A stretch of DNA of 64,000 nucleotides from contig JAZLKN010000042.1 in the NCBI GenBank assembly GCA_045597605.1, positions 15,504 through 79,503 on the forward strand, read 5' to 3'. Both the position numbers and the translations under genes were made by a program. Below the pieces are notes generated by a model that searched no databases, was not told the DNA's origin, and worked only from the letters and a program-made list of their open reading frames with translations. Below are positions 30,542-39,385 of the stretch, piece by piece (the first letter of the stretch is position 1; the number at the start of each line of letters is the position of its first letter). Source of the DNA: Candidatus Cryptobacteroides sp. (GTDB taxonomy: Bacteria > Bacteroidota > Bacteroidia > Bacteroidales > UBA932).

Positions 30542-31546
30542 TCAGTCTGATGTTCTGGTAAACCTCGCTATCCTTTCGTTTACAATTCTCAGGTAATGCC
30601 TTCTTGTCTTATCAGTCAAGAAGCTGCGTCTGGCGAGGTCCGCAGATGCCTGAGGAAATTGCATGTACTTATCCAGAATTCTGGAGACACGTGATTCAAG
30701 AATTCCTATGCGGACGCCGAAACGCTCGAAGTCCAAACGGCAGGGATGTCCCGTTCTTTCGTAAACATCACTATGTTCGATATAAGGTGAAAGTCCGCCA
30801 TCCAGCCCCAGATCTTCCCCGTTCACGTGGACGCTTGTATTCAACAAATCATATGCAGGAGCCAGACGGTAATCCTCTCCCTGCAGAATCAGGGAGAAAT
30901 TTTTCAGATGGTCGTCCCCGTTCGCGTAGATGTAGTTGAACACCACAAGGTCGAAAAATCTTTCCATATCCACCCTCCATGCTGATACATTCTTCCGAAT
31001 GGCATCAGCTATGTCTTCGTAGCATCCGCTGTACTTGAAATGCTTCCCGCCCTCCTGCTCGTTACGGCCGATAACCGATGCAAAGTCTTCCATAGGAAGT
31101 TTCAATCCGTCGGGAAGTATGTCAAAACGTTTCGTGATATACACAATCTCGCCTTTTGGCGTGAAGCATAGACCGTTTTCAGCCGTTCTGATACCATACA
31201 CCTGAGAGGCAATCTGCATCGTCAGATTCTCATTGGCAGGGATCTGCTTGCGATCCACAAGGGACCTGTCCCACGGTGCCGGTTTAAGAATAAATGTAGA
31301 GCGTTCATTGTCATCGGCAATCCTTATCTTGGAATCCTTGATAACAGCAGGGAATTTTTCCTGAACTCCGGATACCGAAATTCGATGCACAGCTTCGGCG
31401 ATGTCTCCGGTAGTATGAAACTCATCTACGTTGAAATCAAGAAGGTGGCTTATTTTCTGGCCGTCAAAAAGAGTCTTGCGGGCTTTCGAGCTATATGTTG
31501 AAAAGTCTGCTGCAAGGGTTGAAGGACAATTTACGATATCTATCAT
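30542..31546 (-). CDS. HipA-family kinase toxin, C-terminal-domain only (HipT-like)
   Basis: ISVSGVQEK, ILKP, NENLTMQIA, YITKRFD, NGDDHLKNFS and LAPAYDLLNT kinase motifs. Confidence 0.92.
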   Translation of the reverse strand: MIDIVNCPSTLAADFSTYSSKARKTLFDGQKISHLLDFNVDEFHTTGDIAEAVHRISVSGVQEKFPAVIKDSKIRIADDNERSTFILKPAPWDRSLVDRKQIPANENLTMQIASQVYGIRTAENGLCFTPKGEIVYITKRFDILPDGLKLPMEDFASVIGRNEQEGGKHFKYSGCYEDIADAIRKNVSAWRVDMERFFDLVVFNYIYANGDDHLKNFSLILQGEDYRLAPAYDLLNTSVHVNGEDLGLDGGLSPYIEHSDVYERTGHPCRLDFERFGVRIGILESRVSRILDKYMQFPQASADLARRSFLTDKTRRHYLRIVNERIARFTRTSD

Positions 31547-31548
31547 CT

Positions 31549-31869
31549 TTATATGGCTTTAACGTGAACCGCGCCTATGAAATCCTTCCCTGCCATAGCC
31601 GAAAGCATACCGAAGAAATCATTTTCGTCTATTCTGAGATGCCGGCAGATAATACTGCGATTGGCTCCTTCCGGCAGCATGTTGGTAAAGAACGGGAAAA
31701 GCGCCTCTGATTCGAATTTCTCCCTGTTCCTTGGAAGAGTCACCGATATCGACTTCCCGCCCGAAAGCAGATATATCGGGTCATAGCGGAACTCATAACC
31801 CCTTCCGGAATTCTGCTCAGTCAGCACACCGGCCTTTGTGTTGTTGTAATATACACTCAGCTGTCTCAT
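31549..31869 (-). CDS. HipA N-terminal domain protein (HipS-like)
   Basis: AGVLTE..YEFRYD..Y..ISVTLP..LFPFFTNMLPEG. Confidence 0.92.
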   Translation of the reverse strand: MRQLSVYYNNTKAGVLTEQNSGRGYEFRYDPIYLLSGGKSISVTLPRNREKFESEALFPFFTNMLPEGANRSIICRHLRIDENDFFGMLSAMAGKDFIGAVHVKAI

Positions 31870-32078
31870 TATTCATCAACGATTGTATTTCTCACTTTAT
31901 AAATGACTTCCAGCCCGAGGACATCCATAATCTTTGACACGGTTGCAATCGAAGGGTTGCCTTTTCCCCGCTCTACATCCTTTATCGTTGCCAGACTCAA
32001 CTGAGCCATTTCAGCAAGGTCATTCTGGGAAAGGGAAAGTATCTTTCTACGTTCTTTTACAGTATTCTGTAGATCCAT
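31869..32078 (-). CDS. XRE-family HTH antitoxin (HipB-like)
   Basis: KERRKILSLSQNDLAEMAQLSLATIKDVERGKGNPS; start placed at ATG 32078 downstream of TATCTTTG. Confidence 0.9.
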   Translation of the reverse strand: MDLQNTVKERRKILSLSQNDLAEMAQLSLATIKDVERGKGNPSIATVSKIMDVLGLEVIYKVRNTIVDE

Positions 32079-32190
32079 GCGTCTATTATACCATACTTTT
32101 ATTGCAAAGATATGATAAATAATTGTTTTTACCAAGTAAAAGTATATTATCCCAAGTCGGGCGGATAGGTCTGAGCGGGGAAAGTATGTG

Positions 32191-34425
32191 CTAGTTAGAT
32201 TTAATATTAACGGTTCCTCCGTTATGGGTAAATTTCGTATTGCTGTCAACAACCTGATGCCAATTTGACGTAAATGAGCCTCCGTTCATAACAATCTCAC
32301 CAAACAGATCATCTCCAAGCCATCCAAAATTCCCGGCAGTAGAAATTTCTCCGCCATTTATCTCTACAGTATTGTTTTCGCCTTGGTATCCATCAGAATC
32401 TCCATAAAAAACAACAGCATAGCTGGTATGTGTCTTGATAACACCATTGTTGACAATAACTTTTGAGTTAGTCCCAGTTGAATGAACAAATTCAAAAGCT
32501 CTATTATAGTTACCAGTGGTTGCAGCAAGAACGGAACCGCCATCCATAGTGAATGTAGAGTTCTTAAGTTTTACAACGCGATAATTTGTACTAGACGTAT
32601 TAGAATATTCCGCCGCTAATATGCCATTTTTAAGATTCACATTGGAATTTTCAACATATAATACAGCCTGTGCATATGTGTCAGCAATTTTTCCATTTTT
32701 CTCAGTGCTAGAATCGACAATGGTCAAAGTGGAATTCATTACTTCGAACACACCGTATTTGTTTAACCCATATCTATGTTTGATAGTATGTCCATTCAAA
32801 TCGAGAGTGATGGTCTTATTTGAAATAACATACGTTTCACGATCCGAGTTATCGCTTTTTACTTCTCTGATTATGTCCTTGCACAGCACTATTACATCGT
32901 TGTACGATGCATTGTCAATAGCTGCTTTAATTGCATCACTGAGTGTAAAGAAATTCTGGGTGCCGATGACGGCTTCCGAATTGGTGGTAGGTTGATTATC
33001 ACTTCTCTTCACTTCTCCAGTGCCCGTGCCGGCAGAAGCTACTTTAACGGTTTCCTTAACTTCATCCGGAACAGCAACATTCACCTCAGCATCAGTATTG
33101 TTCACTATGACAACATTGGCGCTGGTTGTGATACCACCGTTCTCTCCGCCTGTTCCTGAGGTTCCAATAGTTGCATTATCAGCAATGGTAATCTGGACGG
33201 GAGCGGAAGAGCCATCGGCAGTTGCATCAGCTGCGACTTCGATAGCCTTGACATTGTCGCCACCTGAAATCCCGCCGGTGATTTCAACGTTTCCACCCTT
33301 GACTACTAGTTTTTCGCTAATTTTTGCAGGAGCAATGATTTTGAAGGTCGTTGCAGAAGTTTTAAGACTGGCAGTGACTATTTCTCCCTGATCAAATTCC
33401 ACGTGCGTATCAGGAAGATCACCGCTTACATTTACTTTATTCCCATCCTTAACCTTAAGACAGAGTTTTTTAGGAAGTTGGGAACCGTCGGCATACTTAA
33501 GTTTGATTTCATCCTCAGTGCTAGGATTCTGTTTTCCTTCAAAGTATAGAATAACGCTGTCCGCTTTAGGCAAGATGTACTCACCTACTGTATCGGAAGG
33601 AACCGACGTCAATAAATATCCGCCATCCGGAACGGCACCTATCGTAGACGCCGGCATTATCAGAATATCCTTTCGTCCAACGGTCTGCCCGCTGATGCCT
33701 TCAAATTCATACAGAGGATTAGCAGTATCGCCATTGCCCAGCAACTTAAAAGCGAACTTAGGATATGTCCCGCAAGGGAGAGGAATGTAAAATGCCATAT
33801 TCTTTGCCTCAGAAAGATTAAAGCTCAGAGTGTACGATGAATTGGCATTGCCGCTGTCATCAGCTGTTTCAATGTACTTGATGTTGTCTGTGCCGGTTTT
33901 GAAATCGAATTCTCCCGTGATCTTCTTTCCCGGTGTGGAGAATACGAATTTCTTCGCATTCGCCGGAACACCGTTGAGAGTTACCTTGACAACACCTCCC
34001 AGATGCTTGAAAGCCACATTGTCTCCATCCACGCTGCCGAACATCGAGCAATTCGTATTGCCTTCCGACCACTCGCGCGATGCCGGAATCTTTATTTTCG
34101 ACTCCGAATCGAAAATGTCTGCCGGATAAGTGGCATAGTCGCCAAGAGTTCCGGAATAGTTTGCGCTGAAGGTTGCGGACGCGGTTCCGGCACCGGTCTT
34201 TAAATTGAACTGTGCATGACCTTCACTGGTTGCGACCTCGATAACATCACCTGTCTGCCAGGTTAAACTGCCGTCCGTGTCGGAAAGTGCCGCCTTTGAA
34301 ATGGAAGGGTATACTTCCATTGAAGCTCCGATAATCATTTCGCCCGCTTCGATTCCTGTAAGTTCTGTTTTAGTACAGGAGCAAAGGACGAGAGCGATAA
34401 TTAATCCAAAATATATTTTTTTCAT
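32191..34425 (-). CDS. Fimbrillin-like surface lipoprotein with C-terminal beta-helix/adhesin-like module
   Basis: Lipobox LCSC; fimbrillin-type SKAAL..LTWQTGDVI, FKHLGGVVKV, ITGEF, FYIPLP..Y..F.F; C-terminal module starting AVIGTQNFFTLSDAIKAA..IVLCKDI..ITLDLNGHTI. Confidence 0.75.
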   Translation of the reverse strand: MKKIYFGLIIALVLCSCTKTELTGIEAGEMIIGASMEVYPSISKAALSDTDGSLTWQTGDVIEVATSEGHAQFNLKTGAGTASATFSANYSGTLGDYATYPADIFDSESKIKIPASREWSEGNTNCSMFGSVDGDNVAFKHLGGVVKVTLNGVPANAKKFVFSTPGKKITGEFDFKTGTDNIKYIETADDSGNANSSYTLSFNLSEAKNMAFYIPLPCGTYPKFAFKLLGNGDTANPLYEFEGISGQTVGRKDILIMPASTIGAVPDGGYLLTSVPSDTVGEYILPKADSVILYFEGKQNPSTEDEIKLKYADGSQLPKKLCLKVKDGNKVNVSGDLPDTHVEFDQGEIVTASLKTSATTFKIIAPAKISEKLVVKGGNVEITGGISGGDNVKAIEVAADATADGSSAPVQITIADNATIGTSGTGGENGGITTSANVVIVNNTDAEVNVAVPDEVKETVKVASAGTGTGEVKRSDNQPTTNSEAVIGTQNFFTLSDAIKAAIDNASYNDVIVLCKDIIREVKSDNSDRETYVISNKTITLDLNGHTIKHRYGLNKYGVFEVMNSTLTIVDSSTEKNGKIADTYAQAVLYVENSNVNLKNGILAAEYSNTSSTNYRVVKLKNSTFTMDGGSVLAATTGNYNRAFEFVHSTGTNSKVIVNNGVIKTHTSYAVVFYGDSDGYQGENNTVEINGGEISTAGNFGWLGDDLFGEIVMNGGSFTSNWHQVVDSNTKFTHNGGTVNIKSN

Positions 34426-34452
34426 GAGTACTGTATAAATCGTTGTTGATTT

Positions 34453-34617
34453 TTACCATCCGGGGAATTTAGTACCTCCACCTTCGAGAGTACTTCCAGG
34501 GCTTGATTCAAGAATCGCATTTCTTGTAGTCATTCCTATCACCTTCATCTCCGGTGAAACATACGGAATCTGCGCACAGTCTTCGTCAATTGAATATTTT
34601 TCTTTATTCATGTTCAT
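34453..34617 (-). CDS. Small (~54 aa) protein upstream of the fimbrillin-like gene
   Basis: ORF MNMNKEKY..PYVSPEMKVIGMTTRNAILESS..FPGW ending 27 bp before the adhesin start. Confidence 0.65.
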   Translation of the reverse strand: MNMNKEKYSIDEDCAQIPYVSPEMKVIGMTTRNAILESSPGSTLEGGGTKFPGW

Positions 34618-34836
34618 ATTGAAATAAAAAACCACATCCTGACTCCAATACCTGTGGACTCAAGATATTAACGGAAGTTTGATATGCTAAATCGCTGGTT
34701 GGCAGACACTTAAATACCCCCCCCCGACAGAGAAGGATATGCATTGATTTTTTTGGGTGTGCACTGCCATGACGTTTCTGGCAATTTACAAAAAAATCTG
34801 ATACAATGAAGCTTTTCAATAAAAAAATCGTAAGAA

Positions 34837-35625
34837 TCAGCGTTCCGATACGCTGACCTTGAAGAGCCAGGGCCAGTTCTTGCCCGTAAGATAGATTTCA
34901 ATGCCACCATCCTCCGAAGGTCGGGCCGCGATGCCGTTGAGGACATCCATTGACGGAGTGCGCTTTTCCTGCGGAATAAGTCCGCTACAATCGATTTTAC
35001 CCGTTACATTACCTGTAAGGGGATCTATGATGACAATAAGGTCCGTTGTATAGACATTCGCCCATATCTTGCCGTCTATCCATTCCAGCTCGTTAAGAAG
35101 CCGCACGGGGCGGCCGTCAAGCCTGACGGTGAGAGACTTCACGGCAGAAAGTTTCCTGTCAAGAAAAAAAATGGTAGAACTGCCGTCCGAAGCCACCATA
35201 ACTGCATTATTGAACTCGCTCCTTCGATCTTCCGGTATAGAAGTCAAGCCCCATCCCTCCCGTGGATACGAGAGCATCTTCTCGTATTTGAAGCTATCGA
35301 TGTCATACACCAGTGCCAGCCTGTTCGTCCAGGTCAGCACGTATATCTTTCCGTCAACGACGCAGGAGCCTTCGCCGAAATACCTTGATCCTATGGGAAT
35401 GTTCTTCAAAACCTTACCGCTTGTCAGGTCGACTGTGCGCACGCTGCTCTGCCCGTACTGACCTGTTGTCTCATATAGTGTTCCGTCATGGAAAAACAGT
35501 CCCTGGGTATATGCGGAAGCATCGTGCGGGTATCTGTCCAGCACCTGCAGCCTGTAATCCTTCACGGCTGCCGTGCCAGCCGCACTTATGAAAAAGAAAA
35601 TCAGCAATTGGCAAAGTCTTTTCAT
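34837..35625 (-). CDS. Glutaminyl-peptide cyclotransferase (plant/bacterial beta-propeller type)
   Basis: YPHDASAYTQGL, YETTGQYGQS, FGEG, EGWGLT, LNELEWI, VLNGIA, TGKNWP. Confidence 0.96.
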   Translation of the reverse strand: MKRLCQLLIFFFISAAGTAAVKDYRLQVLDRYPHDASAYTQGLFFHDGTLYETTGQYGQSSVRTVDLTSGKVLKNIPIGSRYFGEGSCVVDGKIYVLTWTNRLALVYDIDSFKYEKMLSYPREGWGLTSIPEDRRSEFNNAVMVASDGSSTIFFLDRKLSAVKSLTVRLDGRPVRLLNELEWIDGKIWANVYTTDLIVIIDPLTGNVTGKIDCSGLIPQEKRTPSMDVLNGIAARPSEDGGIEIYLTGKNWPWLFKVSVSER

Positions 35626-35638
35626 ATCGCATCGTACA

Positions 35639-37096
35639 TTACTGGCTTACAGGCCATTCGAGTTTATTGTAATTGACCAGATACACCCGTTTCGCGGCCC
35701 GCGTAAGAGCTGTATACAACCATTTCAGGTCATCGGTAGTCAATTCATCCTGCCAGAAAGCGCTGTCGATGAAGACGCATTCCCACTGGCCGCCCTGGCT
35801 CTTGTGGCAGGTGATGGCGTTGGAATATTTCAGTTGAAGCGCATTAAAATACGGATCTTCTCTCACCGCTTCGTAGCGTTTCTTCTTGGATGTCTGCCAG
35901 GAATAGTCCTCGTTCACGCCCAGATACAACTGATTGCTCTGCTCGTAGGTCAGCGAAGGACTTTCCGAGTCAAGGGTGTCAAGTATGACCTTTGCCCTGA
36001 TTCCGACATCGTCATAATCCGGGAAGGACAATTTGGCCGTTGCGAAGTGCAAGCCGTAGCGTTCCTCAAAATCACTGATACGCAACAACTTGACTATATC
36101 GCCATTGGCTATGTAACTCATTTTTTCTACATTCTCGAGGAACTGGTAACAGTTTTTCACCACCATCAGCCTGTCCCCTTTCACAAGTCTGTCCTCCTTG
36201 AACTGGACCTGGGCGCGGAGGCCGGCATTGTAGCGTATTGCCCTCTTGTTGCTTCGGGTCAGAACAATGGTCTGGTCATCGCCATACTTGGAATAGGCGT
36301 CGGAAATCGTCTCGATGAGCTCCGTTCCGCTTACCGTGGAAATGTCGTCAAAACCGTCCAATTCAAGCCTTAGAGTGGCGGAAGAACGGCCGCCCCCGGA
36401 CATCGAGGATATGATTTCGCGTATGACAGTGGCATTGTGCAATATTCCTGATTCGTGAGCCTGACGCACGACCGTGGTCATCGAACTGAACATAACCCCG
36501 CCGAAGGTGGAATCCATATAATCACGGCTCAGTGCAGGGCTCTCGTCAAGCCCGATGGGAGGCAGCTGTGCGCTGTCGCCCACAAGCATAAGCCTGCAGT
36601 CCACCCCGCTTCTGACGAAATCGACAAGGTCTCCGAGCAGGTTACCGCTGCCGAATGACGCCGATGAGGGGCCTTTGGCACTGTCCGCATCAATTCCCAG
36701 CAATGACACCTCATCCACGACGAAAAGCGTGCCTTTGGACTTGTTTGGAGCAAGGGAGAACTGTCCGAAACCGTCCCCACCCACACTCTTCTGTCTGTAT
36801 ATGTGCTTGTGCACCGTATAGGCTTCCTGCCCGGCATAGGAACTGAGCACCTTGGCGCTGCGTCCCGTTGGAGCAAGAAGTATGCATTTGGTTCCAAGTG
36901 ATTTGAGCGCCTGCACGACCGCCGCCACCGCACTGGTCTTTCCAGTGCCCGCAAAGCCTGACAGGACAAGGATGTCGTGATCAGCGGAACAGGCGAAAGA
37001 CGCAACGTCCGCCATGAACTGTCTCTGACAGGAAGTCGGTTCGAATTTCAGGGCATCGAGGAATGATTTTTCCAGAAATTTCTCCCTTCCCATCAC
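35639..37096 (-). CDS. RecD-like SF1 helicase (AAA_30 + UvrD_C_2)
   Basis: GFAGTGKTS, LLAPTGRSAK, VVDEVS, GDSAQLPP, AITCHKSQGGQW, WLYTALTRA. Confidence 0.92.
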   Translation of the reverse strand: MMGREKFLEKSFLDALKFEPTSCQRQFMADVASFACSADHDILVLSGFAGTGKTSAVAAVVQALKSLGTKCILLAPTGRSAKVLSSYAGQEAYTVHKHIYRQKSVGGDGFGQFSLAPNKSKGTLFVVDEVSLLGIDADSAKGPSSASFGSGNLLGDLVDFVRSGVDCRLMLVGDSAQLPPIGLDESPALSRDYMDSTFGGVMFSSMTTVVRQAHESGILHNATVIREIISSMSGGGRSSATLRLELDGFDDISTVSGTELIETISDAYSKYGDDQTIVLTRSNKRAIRYNAGLRAQVQFKEDRLVKGDRLMVVKNCYQFLENVEKMSYIANGDIVKLLRISDFEERYGLHFATAKLSFPDYDDVGIRAKVILDTLDSESPSLTYEQSNQLYLGVNEDYSWQTSKKKRYEAVREDPYFNALQLKYSNAITCHKSQGGQWECVFIDSAFWQDELTTDDLKWLYTALTRAAKRVYLVNYNKLEWPVSQ

Positions 37097-38547
37097 CTGT
37101 CACGCTTGAAAATGAGTGAAACTGCTATGAGCAGCGGATAGATTTCTATACGCCCGAGGTACATGTCGAGAGTGAAAATAAGTTTTGCAGCCACAGGCAT
37201 CGTGTCATAGTTGCCGGCGGCGGATATTCCGCCCAGACCGGGACCGACATTTCCAAGACAGGCAATTGAACCCGAGACCGCCTCGATGCCACCCACATCC
37301 AAAGTCAGAAGGAGCCCTGTTGAAAGCATTATTATAAGGAAATACAGGACTATATACAGAAGAATAGGAAGCACGTGATCTTCAGGCATATACGAGGAAC
37401 CGAGTCTGATGCGTCTAGTAGCTGCCGGATGCAGGTTGGAAAGTATCTGACGATGGATGCTCTTGAATACAATCATCATCCTGTCCACCTTGATACCCGA
37501 AGACGTGGAACCGGCTGTCGCGCACTGGATGGAAACATACATCAGAACTATGCAGGAGAGGAAGGGCCAGGCACTGTTGTCTGCGAATGTGAAGCCCGTC
37601 GTGGTCATATAGCTCACAGTGGTGAGGAAACCGTCCGAAATAGCCTTGCCCCAGCTCATCCCGTCGCCCTGAAACCTCAGGGAAAGCACAACGATGACGG
37701 ATGTCACCAACATGGACGTCAGATAGAAACGAACTGTATGACTACTGGTGAAAGGCTTGAAGGACCTCCGTATCACACAACTGTAGATGAGTACGAAATT
37801 GGTGGTAGCGATTATCATCGTCAGCAGGGCCACTGCATTGACGGCAACCGAGTCATAGGCAGCAATCGAGGCATTCCTGATACTGAATCCGCCCGTGGCA
37901 CAGAGGCTGAGACCGTGGTTTATTGCATCGAATAGCGGCATTCCCGCCAGGAAAAGGGATACGGTGGCCAGAAGAAAAATGCCGAGATATACGAAAGTGA
38001 TGATATATACCAGCTTTCTGCTCTGGATGTTGGCCGAATCCCTGAACAGGGATGAAACCTCTATCTTGGTCAGTCTCTGACGGAAAGGGCTTGCGGAAGG
38101 CACTACCAGCAGCATAAATACCACAACACCGAGGCCTCCGATGAAATGCGTGCAACTTCTCCAGAAAAGAAGGCTTCTGGGCAGCGATTCTATGTCGTTG
38201 AGAATAGTGGCACCGGTAGTGGTGAACCCGGAAACGCTCTCGAACCAGGCATCGGCTATGGACATCTCCCCTCCCCACATCGCATACGGCAACATACCGA
38301 AAACGAATGACAGCAGCCAGGACAGGGCAATTATGACAAAACCGTCCTGGAGGCTTATGGGCTGGCTCCTACGTACGAAAATCAAGGGGAAAATTCCGAA
38401 AAGCGCGGTTATTATGCAACTTATGGACAAAGCACCGAAAGCCGAATCCCGGCCAAATATGACAGATACGACAACACTCAACAGCATGAAGAGGCTGCTG
38501 ACAAGCAGGGCCAGGCCCACGTTTCTTGTTACTGCCTTAACATTCAC
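37093..38547 (-). CDS. trkH: Trk potassium uptake membrane protein
   Basis: FESVSGFTTTGAT, IGGLGVVV, ATGGFS, SSGIK, GNVGPG, GRIEIYP pore motifs. Confidence 0.96.
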   Translation of the reverse strand: MNVKAVTRNVGLALLVSSLFMLLSVVVSVIFGRDSAFGALSISCIITALFGIFPLIFVRRSQPISLQDGFVIIALSWLLSFVFGMLPYAMWGGEMSIADAWFESVSGFTTTGATILNDIESLPRSLLFWRSCTHFIGGLGVVVFMLLVVPSASPFRQRLTKIEVSSLFRDSANIQSRKLVYIITFVYLGIFLLATVSLFLAGMPLFDAINHGLSLCATGGFSIRNASIAAYDSVAVNAVALLTMIIATTNFVLIYSCVIRRSFKPFTSSHTVRFYLTSMLVTSVIVVLSLRFQGDGMSWGKAISDGFLTTVSYMTTTGFTFADNSAWPFLSCIVLMYVSIQCATAGSTSSGIKVDRMMIVFKSIHRQILSNLHPAATRRIRLGSSYMPEDHVLPILLYIVLYFLIIMLSTGLLLTLDVGGIEAVSGSIACLGNVGPGLGGISAAGNYDTMPVAAKLIFTLDMYLGRIEIYPLLIAVSLIFKRDR

Positions 38548-39313
38548 GGTCTCTCAGTCTTCTTTTGAGGCTTGCATTCTCTTCGGTTATCTCTTTCAGG
38601 TCGGAATTGAGTTCCTGAAGCTGATCGTCCCCTTCGAAGGCGACGTTGTACGTATTCGAATAACGCTTGTAGGAATCGGCTGCCTTAAGCATTTTCTTCA
38701 ACGGCCTGATATAGAACTCCAATATGAAGAACAACAGCAGCAAAGATAGTATTATGGCGACCGACACGCTGACCACGGTAGGTGTTATGCTGCGGTAGAA
38801 ACTGTCGTCAAAACTGATGGAGTTGTCCTGAAGGTCTTCGTTGATACCCTTGTTAAGTTTGTCATGCCATTTCCTGAACTCATTGTACTGAGGCTGGAGA
38901 ACTGTAAAATACCAGTCTCTGGTATCCACGAAATCGCTCACAACGATGCTGTCGAGCTGGAGCGACGTGGATGTGTAGCGGGTGAACGAGGCCCTGAGCG
39001 AATCGGCATGGTCCAGCCTTGCGGCGGAAAGCTCCGAAATCAGACTGTCGGCCAGAGTGAGGTACGGCTTGGGATCCAGACCCGAAACCACCAGGCTGTC
39101 CGCCTCCCCCACTACCGAGAGTATGCTTATATTGTATTCGTCTACAATGACTGCGAGCTCGGTACTCACGTTCACGCAGGAAATATTTTCGGATATGCGG
39201 TCGCTGACATAATGGCTCATTCTCCTGAATTCGAAGATGGAAATCAGGCCTGAAACCAGCAGCACTGCAACTATGGAGCCGACGGCAAAAGTCAGTTTTG
39301 AGGACATTCCCAT
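38537..39313 (-). CDS. Two-TM protein with periplasmic four-helix (MCP-type) sensor-like domain, no kinase domain
   Basis: TM1 FAVGSIVAVLLVSGLISIF, TM2 VVSVSVAIILSLLLLFFI, short coiled-coil tail; start placed at ATG 39313 (the ORF-track extension is antisense to the next gene). Confidence 0.65.
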   Translation of the reverse strand: MGMSSKLTFAVGSIVAVLLVSGLISIFEFRRMSHYVSDRISENISCVNVSTELAVIVDEYNISILSVVGEADSLVVSGLDPKPYLTLADSLISELSAARLDHADSLRASFTRYTSTSLQLDSIVVSDFVDTRDWYFTVLQPQYNEFRKWHDKLNKGINEDLQDNSISFDDSFYRSITPTVVSVSVAIILSLLLLFFILEFYIRPLKKMLKAADSYKRYSNTYNVAFEGDDQLQELNSDLKEITEENASLKRRLRDREC

Positions 39314-39385
39314 AAATACGGATGTTTTATTCTCTGCAAATATAATTGATTTTTGTATCTTTGTGAATATTGTAAGGGAAAAGAT

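Noticed and set aside
32191-34425. Diversity-generating retroelement target
   Set aside because: No reverse transcriptase and no template/variable repeat pair with adenine-specific mismatches was seen in the window.
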